Shown piece after piece: positions 18,287-25,634 of a stretch of DNA of 64,000 bases. How positions within the stretch are numbered: the stretch's first letter is position 1; every line of letters begins with the position of its first letter. Origin of the DNA: an uncultured Muribaculaceae bacterium (GTDB lineage: Bacteria; Bacteroidota; Bacteroidia; Bacteroidales; Muribaculaceae); assembly GCA_910577465.1 (NCBI GenBank), contig CAJTMM010000003.1:7450-71449 (forward strand), given 5' to 3'. The notes beneath the pieces were generated by a model. That model did no database searches. It was given only the letters and a program-made list of their open reading frames with translations, and was not told where the DNA came from. Both the position numbers and the translations under genes were made by a program.

Positions 18287-19606
18287 ATGGACAAAAACAT
18301 AATTCTTGACAATATCCGTACGAAATTAGGGATAGACAGTCTAAATGCCCTGCAGAAGCAAACACTCGAAGCTCCTAAGGGCAACATCATACTTATCTCC
18401 GCTACCGGCTCCGGAAAAACCTTAGCATTTGCCACACGAATGCTATCGAAGATAAAAAAAGCGCATGAAAAAGTACAATGCGTAGTCATAGCCCCGTCAC
18501 GGGAACTCGTCACTCAAATAGCCGGAGTGGTACGCCCCATAGCCACCGGATTCAAGACCGTGGCACTTTATGGCGGGCATAATATGCTCGACGAAAAGAA
18601 TTCGCTCACACCGTGCCCCGACATCATCATAGCAACTCCCGGACGTTTGCTCGACCATCTGCAACGCGGCAATATCACTATACATAACCCCTCAACATTG
18701 GTGCTTGACGAATACGACAAGTCTCTTGAACTGGGATTCGAGGGAGAAATGAAACGTATAGTATCACGAATAGGAGCGCCGGAAAGCATCATCCTTACAT
18801 CTGCCACAAAACTCGACCAACTGCCCCCCTATCTCGGACTGACCAAATACGAGCTTATCGAAGCCGTTGACACTGCCAATCCCCGTTCACGCATGGATGT
18901 GATTCATGTGGATAGTTTCCAACCGGACAAACTCGATACACTAACAGACCTTCTGCGCACATTCTCCCCTGCATCGCGCACCATCGTATTCGTGAACCAC
19001 CGCGAGAGTGCGGAGAGGGTGTACAAACGTCTGAAAGAAGAAAATATTGATGCCGCGCTTTATCATGGAGCTCTTGACCAGAACCAACGCGGCAATGCCA
19101 TAGAATTGCTTGCCAACGGATCGGTACCTGTACTCGTCGCCACTGACCTTGCGTCGCGCGGTCTTGACATAGAACAGGTGGACCATGTGGTACACTATCA
19201 TCTCCCCATAAACGAACAGACATGGACACACCGCAACGGACGTACCGCACGAGTTGACGCCGAGGGGGAAATATATGTCATAACGTCCGACAACGACAAC
19301 GTGCCCCCCTACATTACATGGGACCGTGAATATCAGCCACCCCACACGCCGCAAGCACCGATGCAATCGTCGTTCTCGACCCTCTATATCGACGCAGGCA
19401 AGAAAGAAAAAATATCGCGCGGCGACATCGTTGGCTTCCTCATAGCGCATTCAGGATTGAATGCCGGGGAGATAGGCAGGATATCGCTCAATGACCACAA
19501 CGCTCTGGTGGCTGTGCCACGTACCAAAGTCACCGATATCCTCAACGCCATAAAGTCACAGAAACTGAAAGGTAAAAAAATACGTATTTCCCCGCTCAAA
19601 CCTTAA
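18287..19606 (+). CDS. DEAD-box-type ATP-dependent RNA helicase with C-terminal DbpA RNA-binding domain
   Basis: 439 aa with motif I (ATGSGKT), Ia (APSRELV), II (DEYD, a variant of DEAD), III (SAT) and VI (HRNGRTAR), plus a C-terminal DbpA-like domain (GKKEKISRGDIVGF...). Confidence 0.88.
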   Translation: MDKNIILDNIRTKLGIDSLNALQKQTLEAPKGNIILISATGSGKTLAFATRMLSKIKKAHEKVQCVVIAPSRELVTQIAGVVRPIATGFKTVALYGGHNMLDEKNSLTPCPDIIIATPGRLLDHLQRGNITIHNPSTLVLDEYDKSLELGFEGEMKRIVSRIGAPESIILTSATKLDQLPPYLGLTKYELIEAVDTANPRSRMDVIHVDSFQPDKLDTLTDLLRTFSPASRTIVFVNHRESAERVYKRLKEENIDAALYHGALDQNQRGNAIELLANGSVPVLVATDLASRGLDIEQVDHVVHYHLPINEQTWTHRNGRTARVDAEGEIYVITSDNDNVPPYITWDREYQPPHTPQAPMQSSFSTLYIDAGKKEKISRGDIVGFLIAHSGLNAGEIGRISLNDHNALVAVPRTKVTDILNAIKSQKLKGKKIRISPLKP

Positions 19607-19697
19607 TGGGCACCACACCGGTCATGGCACATTTTAATATAATTTGTGCCATAGGTTAAGTATTTGTTAAAATATATGTAACTGAAAAAACTTTCAC

Positions 19698-19705
19698 TAA
19701 ATTTG
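19698..19705 (+). promoter_or_regulatory. -7 box TAAATTTG
   Basis: Matches TAnnTTTG, 51 nt upstream of the oxidoreductase operon. Confidence 0.45.
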
Positions 19706-19756
19706 CGATAGCTAATAATCAGCAAACTTTGGTAACATTAAATTGTAAGAATTATC

Positions 19757-19987
19757 ATGGCTAAAATCATTGGGGCCGTAGAGATAAACCAGGAACGCTG
19801 CAAAGGTTGCAATCTATGCGTTGTGGCATGTCCTACCGATGTACTCGGACTTCAGCCCAAAGAGGTGAACAACAGAGGCTACCATTTCGCCTACACGGCG
19901 CAGCCCGACAAATGTATAGGATGCGCATCATGCGCCCTCGTATGCCCCGATGCCTGCATCGAAGTGTACCGAGTAATCGAAAAATAA
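19757..19987 (+). CDS. 2-oxoacid:ferredoxin oxidoreductase delta subunit (4Fe-4S dicluster protein)
   Basis: 76 aa with two CxxCxxCxxxCP motifs. It is the first gene of a four-gene Kor/Vor-type operon. Confidence 0.85.
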   Translation: MAKIIGAVEINQERCKGCNLCVVACPTDVLGLQPKEVNNRGYHFAYTAQPDKCIGCASCALVCPDACIEVYRVIEK

Positions 19988-19996
19988 CCACGAATC

Positions 19997-21088
19997 ATGA
20001 AAGAAGAGATAAAACTGATGAAAGGTAACGAGGCGATAGCCCATGCCGCCATACGCTATGGCGTGGACGGTTACTTCGGATACCCCATCACCCCTCAGAG
20101 CGAAGTCCTTGAGACTCTCGAAGAACTAATGCCGTGGGAAACCACCGGAATGGTAGTGCTGCAAGCCGAAAGTGAAGTGGCAGCCATAAACATGGTATAT
20201 GGAGGAGCATCGACCGGCAAAGCCGTAATGACCTCATCGTCGAGCCCCGGCGTGAGTCTAATGCAAGAAGGCATGTCGTATATAGCCGCCGGCGAGCTTC
20301 CGGCTCTGGTGGTCAACGTAATGCGCGGCGGCCCCGGCCTTGGCACCATACAACCCTCGCAAAGCGACTATTTCCAAGCGACCAAAGGAGGCGGACACGG
20401 CGACTATCATTTCATAGTCCTCGCACCATCCACCGTGCAGGAGATGGCGGATTTCGTAGGTCTCGGTTTTGACCTCGCATTCAAATACCGCACTCCAGCC
20501 ATGATTCTCGCCGACGGTATTGTAGGACAGATGATGGAGAAAGTAGTATTGCCCGAACCTCGTCCTCGACGTACTGACCGCGAGATAGCAGAACAATGCC
20601 CATGGGCTGTAACCGGACGTCCGGCAACGAGAAAGCCCAATGTGCTCACCACTCTCGAACTCGACAGTGCCAAGATGGAGCTCAACAATATACGCTACCA
20701 GCAAACCTACCGCACCATCGAGGAAAACGAGGTACGCTATCAGGAATATTACACCGATGATGCCGATTACATATTTGTGGCTTTCGGCTCAATAGCCCGT
20801 ATCTGTCTCAAAGCTATAGAAGATGCCCGGGCGGCAGGTATGAAAGTAGGCTTGATACGCCCCATTACACTGTGGCCCTTCCCCACAAAAGCCATCGCCG
20901 ACTACTCACAGCGCGTGAAAGGCATGATGGTTGTGGAACTAAATGCCGGACAGATGGTAGAGGATGTACGGCTTGCCGTAAATGGCAACATACCGGTATA
21001 TCACTACGGACGTATGGGCGGTATAGTCCCCAACCCACAGGAAGCACTTGACGCACTGCTCAAGCATTTTCCGGATGCCGCGCAATAA
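19997..21088 (+). CDS. 2-oxoacid:ferredoxin oxidoreductase alpha subunit (Kor/Vor type)
   Basis: 363 aa with a POR-family pyrimidine-binding domain (GNEAIAHAAIRYGVDGYFGYPITPQSE). Substrate specificity cannot be determined from sequence alone. Confidence 0.9.
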   Translation: MKEEIKLMKGNEAIAHAAIRYGVDGYFGYPITPQSEVLETLEELMPWETTGMVVLQAESEVAAINMVYGGASTGKAVMTSSSSPGVSLMQEGMSYIAAGELPALVVNVMRGGPGLGTIQPSQSDYFQATKGGGHGDYHFIVLAPSTVQEMADFVGLGFDLAFKYRTPAMILADGIVGQMMEKVVLPEPRPRRTDREIAEQCPWAVTGRPATRKPNVLTTLELDSAKMELNNIRYQQTYRTIEENEVRYQEYYTDDADYIFVAFGSIARICLKAIEDARAAGMKVGLIRPITLWPFPTKAIADYSQRVKGMMVVELNAGQMVEDVRLAVNGNIPVYHYGRMGGIVPNPQEALDALLKHFPDAAQ

Positions 21089-21120
21089 TCCCGTCCTCAC
21101 AACCTCATTTATCGAAATTT

Positions 21121-21891
21121 ATGAAACCTGAAGATATAAAACGAAGCGAAAACAAGGTTTACAGCAAACCCGAGCTTCTCAACGATACCCCGATGCACTA
21201 TTGCCCGGGTTGCTCCCATGGAGTGGTGCACAAGTTAGTTTCAGAAGTACTCAAAGAGATGGGTATGGAACATAAATCCATTGGTGTGGCACCTGTGGGA
21301 TGCGCGGTATTCGCCTACTCATATATAGACATTGACTGGATCGAAGCAGCCCATGGTCGCGCTCCGGCAGTAGCTACCGGAGCAAAACGACTTAACCCTG
21401 ACCGATTGGTATTCACATATCAGGGCGACGGTGACTTAGCTGCCATAGGTACTGCCGAGACCATACATGCCGCCAACCGCGCCGAGAACATCGCAATAAT
21501 ATTCATCAACAACGCTATCTACGGCATGACCGGCGGACAGATGGCTCCTACCACGCTTGAAGGTCAAAAGACAGCCACCACTCCTTACGGCCGCCGCGTG
21601 GACCTGAACGGCTATCCACTGAAAATAAGCAATCTTCTGGCACAACTCGACGGCACATGCTACGTGACCCGTCAGGCGGTGCACACACCTGCCGCCGTGA
21701 GAAAAGCAAAAAGTGCCATACGTCAAGCCTTTGAAAACTCCATGGCAGGACGAGGCACATCGGTAGTGGAAATCGTGAGCACATGCAATAGCGGTTGGAA
21801 AATGTCCCCCGCCAAGGCTAATGAATGGATGGTGGAAAACATGTTCCCGCAATACCCTTTGGGCGACATTAAAAACATTATAAAGGAATGA
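21121..21891 (+). CDS. 2-oxoacid:ferredoxin oxidoreductase beta subunit (TPP-binding)
   Basis: 256 aa with CPGCSHG and the GDGD...NN thiamine-diphosphate motif. Confidence 0.9.
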   Translation: MKPEDIKRSENKVYSKPELLNDTPMHYCPGCSHGVVHKLVSEVLKEMGMEHKSIGVAPVGCAVFAYSYIDIDWIEAAHGRAPAVATGAKRLNPDRLVFTYQGDGDLAAIGTAETIHAANRAENIAIIFINNAIYGMTGGQMAPTTLEGQKTATTPYGRRVDLNGYPLKISNLLAQLDGTCYVTRQAVHTPAAVRKAKSAIRQAFENSMAGRGTSVVEIVSTCNSGWKMSPAKANEWMVENMFPQYPLGDIKNIIKE

Positions 21892-22445
21892 AACAGGAAA
21901 TCATAATAGCCGGATTCGGAGGACAGGGTGTACTGTCGATGGGAAAGATTCTCGCTTACGCCGGACTGATAGCAGACCTTGAAGTAACATGGATGCCGGC
22001 ATACGGTCCCGAACAGCGCGGAGGTACGGCAAATGTAACCGTGATACTCAGTGACAACCCCATAAGCTCACCCGTATTAGACAGTTTTGACACCGCTGTG
22101 GTTCTGAATCAGCAAAGTCTTGACAAGTTCGAATCCAAGGTCAAGCCGGGCGGCACTCTGATTTACGACCCATACGGCATACATCACCTGCCCACACGCA
22201 CCGATATAAATATCTATCCGGTAGATGCCATGGATGCGACTATTGAGCTGAAAAGTGCCAAAAGCTACAATATGATTATTCTAGGCGCACTGCTCAAGAT
22301 AAATCCTATCGTAACAATAGATTCCGTCATGGCAGGTCTGAAGAAGGCTCTTCCGGAACGCCACCATCATCTGTTGCCCGTGAACCGCGAAGCCATTACC
22401 CGCGGCATGGAGTTGGTTAATCCCGGAGAAAACACCATAGAATAG
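21888..22445 (+). CDS. 2-oxoacid:ferredoxin oxidoreductase gamma subunit
   Basis: 185 aa with the IAGFGGQGV motif. Its start overlaps the beta subunit stop by 4 nt. Confidence 0.9.
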   Translation: MKQEIIIAGFGGQGVLSMGKILAYAGLIADLEVTWMPAYGPEQRGGTANVTVILSDNPISSPVLDSFDTAVVLNQQSLDKFESKVKPGGTLIYDPYGIHHLPTRTDINIYPVDAMDATIELKSAKSYNMIILGALLKINPIVTIDSVMAGLKKALPERHHHLLPVNREAITRGMELVNPGENTIE

Positions 22446-22496
22446 TTTTTCTAAAAAAATTAATCGGCAAAAAAGCATTGTTTCTAAAAAAACTCT

Positions 22497-22504
22497 TACT
22501 TTTG
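22497..22504 (+). promoter_or_regulatory. -7 box TACTTTTG
   Basis: Matches TAnnTTTG, 47 nt upstream of the ferredoxin start. Confidence 0.45.
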
Positions 22505-22551
22505 TAGCTGAAAATAGTTCATTCGTAATATTATCTAAATTAAAAATTATC

Positions 22552-22719
22552 ATGGCTTACGTAATCACTGACAAATGCGTTGCTTGTGGAACTTGTCTTC
22601 CCGTTTGCCCCGTAGAAGCTATTTCTGAAGGCGATATCTATCACATCGATCCCGACACTTGCATCGAGTGCGGTTCTTGTGCTGAAGTATGCCCCAGCGA
22701 AGCAATCATTCCGGGCTAA
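22552..22719 (+). CDS. 2x[4Fe-4S] ferredoxin (55 aa)
   Basis: My own translation gives MAYVITDKCVACGTCLPVCPVEAISEGDIYHIDPDTCIECGSCAEVCPSEAIIPG, with two CxxCxxCxxxCP clusters. It is below the length cut-off of the ORF track, which shows only an antisense 66-aa ORF here. Confidence 0.88.
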   Translation: MAYVITDKCVACGTCLPVCPVEAISEGDIYHIDPDTCIECGSCAEVCPSEAIIPG

Positions 22720-22746
22720 GCGACACATCATCAACATCAACTAATC

Positions 22747-22789
22747 AAGCAGGGACAATACAACAATTGTATTGCCCTGCTTCCTTTTT
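22747..22789 (+). terminator. rho-independent terminator after the ferredoxin
   Basis: A 15-bp stem with one bulge (AAGCAGGGaCAATACA / TGTATTGCCCTGCTT), followed by CCTTTTTA. Confidence 0.75.
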
Positions 22790-22919
22790 AACAGGTATGT
22801 ATCAATGATATTGGAGCAATATTGAAAAATCGCCACTTCCAGCTACCGCAACTTACCGATTGTGACCAAAATCCGAGCATTTTTCCCAAACCGTAGTAGC
22901 GGAATAAAATTATTTTTTG

Positions 22920-22927
22920 TAATTTTG
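22920..22927 (+). promoter_or_regulatory. -7 box TAATTTTG
   Basis: Matches TAnnTTTG, 25 nt upstream of efp. Confidence 0.5.
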
Positions 22928-22952
22928 TGGGCAAATTATCAGTAACATTCTT

Positions 22953-23519
22953 ATGATTAACGCTCAAGACATCAAAAACGGCACTTGCATCCGCATGGAC
23001 GGCCGTCTTTATTTCTGCGTGGAATTCCTCCACGTAAAGCCCGGCAAAGGCAATACTTTCATGCGCACAAAACTTAAAGACGTGGTTGACGGCCGCGTAC
23101 TTGAACGTCGCTTCAATATCGGTGAAAAACTCGAAGACGTGCGTGTGGAACGCCGTCCATTCCAGTATCTTTACACCGACGGTGATGACGATATATTCAT
23201 GAACAATGAGACATTCGAGCAGATTCCAATCAACAAGGAACTCGTTACCGGTGCAGCATTCATGAAAGAAGGCGACACCGTGGAAGTGGTTACCGACGCA
23301 TCGACAGAAACCGTGCTCTATGCTGAAATGCCTATCAAGACCATCTTGAAAATAACATATACCGAACCCGGTATAAAAGGTGATACCGCCACCAACACCC
23401 TCAAACCCGCCACTTTGGAAACCGGTGCCGAAATCCGTGTACCGTTGTTCGTTAACGAAGGCGACTCTATTGAAGTAGACACCCGCGACGGTTCTTACAT
23501 CAGCCGCGTGAAAGCATAA
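22953..23519 (+). CDS. efp: elongation factor P
   Basis: 188 aa. The sequence ([17 protein letters not shown]... and the C-terminal OB domains) is typical EF-P. Confidence 0.95.
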   Translation: MINAQDIKNGTCIRMDGRLYFCVEFLHVKPGKGNTFMRTKLKDVVDGRVLERRFNIGEKLEDVRVERRPFQYLYTDGDDDIFMNNETFEQIPINKELVTGAAFMKEGDTVEVVTDASTETVLYAEMPIKTILKITYTEPGIKGDTATNTLKPATLETGAEIRVPLFVNEGDSIEVDTRDGSYISRVKA

Positions 23520-23562
23520 ACAAACCCAAACATCACCTCCACACTAACGGAGGATAGAAACC

Positions 23563-23598
23563 TCAGGCGGTCGGAACCAAATCTTTCCGACCGCCTGA
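23563..23598 (+). terminator. hairpin after efp
   Basis: A 13-bp perfect stem (TCAGGCGGTCGGA / TCCGACCGCCTGA) with a weak T-tract (CTTGTT). Confidence 0.6.
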
Positions 23599-23612
23599 CT
23601 TGTTATAAATAC

Positions 23613-24197
23613 ATGGAACAGAACAACGAATTACCCCTTGAGCAACACCCCTGGGAACCATTCATACCCGATGGTGCCAAGATACTTATCATGGGCACTT
23701 TCCCGCCCAAGCCCAACCGTTGGTGCATGGATTTCTATTACCCCAACCGCATAAACGATTTCTGGCGCATAATGGGACTGATTTTCTATTCCGATAAAGA
23801 TTATTTTTGGGATGCACAAAGCCGCACATTTAAAATCAGCGATATCAAACAATTCCTGACCGAAAAAGGGATAGCCTTAAACGATACCGGCGCGGAAGTG
23901 CGGAGACTGAAAGACAACGCATCCGACAAGTTTCTCGACATAGTGACACCGGTCAACCTGCAAGCATTGCTCCAACGGATGCCATTGTGCCGCGACGTAG
24001 CCACAACAGGAGAGAAAGCATCGCAAGTCATAGCCGAACTTACCGATACCGACGCCCCTAAAATGGGAACATCTGTCAACTCCGCTACCGGATTGAGGAT
24101 ATGGCGTATGCCCTCTACTTCACGCGCCTATCCACTTGCCATAGACAAAAAAGCGCAATATTATGCTGAAATGTTTCGAGCTGTAGGAATATTGTGA
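23613..24197 (+). CDS. uracil-DNA glycosylase superfamily protein (MUG / family-6 HDG-like)
   Basis: 194 aa with a motif-A-like segment (IMGTFPPKPN...FYYPNRINDFW) and a motif-B-like segment (RMPSTSRAYP). Confidence 0.7.
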   Translation: MEQNNELPLEQHPWEPFIPDGAKILIMGTFPPKPNRWCMDFYYPNRINDFWRIMGLIFYSDKDYFWDAQSRTFKISDIKQFLTEKGIALNDTGAEVRRLKDNASDKFLDIVTPVNLQALLQRMPLCRDVATTGEKASQVIAELTDTDAPKMGTSVNSATGLRIWRMPSTSRAYPLAIDKKAQYYAEMFRAVGIL

Positions 24198-24206
24198 AAT
24201 AATGGG

Positions 24207-24214
24207 TAACTTTG
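24207..24214 (+). promoter_or_regulatory. -7 box TAACTTTG
   Basis: Matches TAnnTTTG, 22 nt upstream of the ATG at 24237. The TTG at 24216 used by the ORF track abuts this box. Confidence 0.5.
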
Positions 24215-24236
24215 CTTGATAAAAGCAAAATCACCC

Positions 24237-24914
24237 ATGTTGGAATCTATAATAACCGCCGGAATATTCTTTGATCCCGCAGCAATAGTCAATTATTTCC
24301 TCAACGCAGACAGTTCCACAATATATCTGCTTGTATTCTGTCTAATGGTTGTGGAAAGTTCATTCATACCCTTCCCGTCGGAAGTGATTGTACCGCCTGC
24401 CGCTTACCTTGCATGCACATCTCATGAAGTGGACGTATGGATAGTGCTCATACTTGCCACAGCAGGAGCCATAGCAGGAGCATTGGTCAACTATTTTCTG
24501 TCATTATGGATTGGACGCCCCATAGTGTACCGCTTTGCCGACTCCCGATTCGGACATGCGTGCCTGATAACCCGTGAGAAAGTAGACAAAGCCGAAAGGT
24601 ATTTCGACGAACACGGAGCCGCATCGACATTCATAGGACGTCTCATACCTGCCGTAAGACAATTGATATCAATACCTGCGGGTATATCACGCATGAACCT
24701 CGGCAAATTTGTAATCTTCACCGGACTTGGTGCCGGGCTATGGAACGCTGTACTCGCTGCATTAGGCTACTGGCTCGGCACTATGGTGAGCCGTGAAGAA
24801 TTGTTTGCCAGCGTTGAAAAATACAATACTTATCTCACTTATATAGGGTTGGCGATAGGCGTGGCTTGTATCGTTTACATAGCTTGCCACGCATTCAAAC
24901 GCACAAAACAGTAA
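24237..24914 (+). CDS. DedA family membrane protein
   Basis: SNARE_assoc/DedA pattern (ESSFIPFPSEVIVPPAAY, FIGRLIPAVRQLISIPAG). The start is set at the first ATG downstream of the promoter box. Confidence 0.85.
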   Translation: MLESIITAGIFFDPAAIVNYFLNADSSTIYLLVFCLMVVESSFIPFPSEVIVPPAAYLACTSHEVDVWIVLILATAGAIAGALVNYFLSLWIGRPIVYRFADSRFGHACLITREKVDKAERYFDEHGAASTFIGRLIPAVRQLISIPAGISRMNLGKFVIFTGLGAGLWNAVLAALGYWLGTMVSREELFASVEKYNTYLTYIGLAIGVACIVYIACHAFKRTKQ

Positions 24915-24940
24915 CATACGAAACACATATCCCCGATATC

Positions 24941-25588
24941 ATGGCATTAGTATCACCTTCACTCCTGTCCGCCGATTTCGGCAATCTGCAACGCGACATT
25001 GAAATGCTCAACCGCTCCGAAGCATCCATGCTACACATTGATGTCATGGATGGCATGTTCGTTCCAAACATATCATTCGGGTTCCCGGTAATGAAGTTCA
25101 TACAGAAATATGCCGAAAAACCGCTCGATGTACACCTGATGATTATGGATCCGGGGCGATATGTATCGCAGGTACGCGACACCGGCGCCGATATAATGAA
25201 TGTGCACTTCGAAGCATGCACGCACCTTCACCGTGTAGTGCAACAGATAAAACAAGCAGGTATGAAAGCTGGCGTTACGCTTAATCCTGCCACTCCGGTA
25301 GAGATGCTCGAGGACATAATCGACGATGTGGACATGGTGCTTATCATGTCAGTCAACCCGGGATTCGCAGCACAAAAATTTATACCGGGGGCTTTGAAGA
25401 AAGTGAAGCGTCTCAGGCAGATGATTTCCGAGCATCAGGCATCGGCACTGATTGAAATTGACGGGGGAATAAATCTTGAGACCGGCAAGGAAGCAGTTGA
25501 TGCCGGTGCCGATATTCTTGTTGCAGGCAACTACGTATTCTCCGCTCCCGATCCCATGCGCAACATTGCACTGCTTCACGCGCTATAA
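24941..25588 (+). CDS. rpe: ribulose-phosphate 3-epimerase
   Basis: MALVSPSLLSADFGNL...HIDVMDGMFVPNISFG...MSVNPGFAAQKF...DGG matches Rpe. The ORF-track start at 24866 overlaps the dedA gene and is unlikely to be used. Confidence 0.92.
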   Translation: MALVSPSLLSADFGNLQRDIEMLNRSEASMLHIDVMDGMFVPNISFGFPVMKFIQKYAEKPLDVHLMIMDPGRYVSQVRDTGADIMNVHFEACTHLHRVVQQIKQAGMKAGVTLNPATPVEMLEDIIDDVDMVLIMSVNPGFAAQKFIPGALKKVKRLRQMISEHQASALIEIDGGINLETGKEAVDAGADILVAGNYVFSAPDPMRNIALLHAL

Positions 25589-25634
25589 TTTCCCCAAACA
25601 GACCTCTTAACTCTCTTCCAACATACAGCTATCA

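Noticed and set aside
22540-22740. The 66-aa minus-strand ORF listed by the ORF track.
   Set aside because: It is antisense to the 55-aa ferredoxin, whose eight cysteines in two canonical clusters make the plus-strand reading far more plausible.
24216-24236. Upstream alternative-start extensions in the ORF track. They are TTG at 24216 for dedA, 24866 for rpe, 30294 for the PPDK_N gene, 39261 for the lipoprotein, 41695 for the wHTH gene, 44993 for the small lipoprotein, 52876 for ruvA and 60951 for the ABC-F gene.
   Set aside because: In each case the extension overlaps a -7 promoter box or the preceding gene, and the family-typical N-terminus begins at a downstream ATG. Coordinates were adjusted accordingly.
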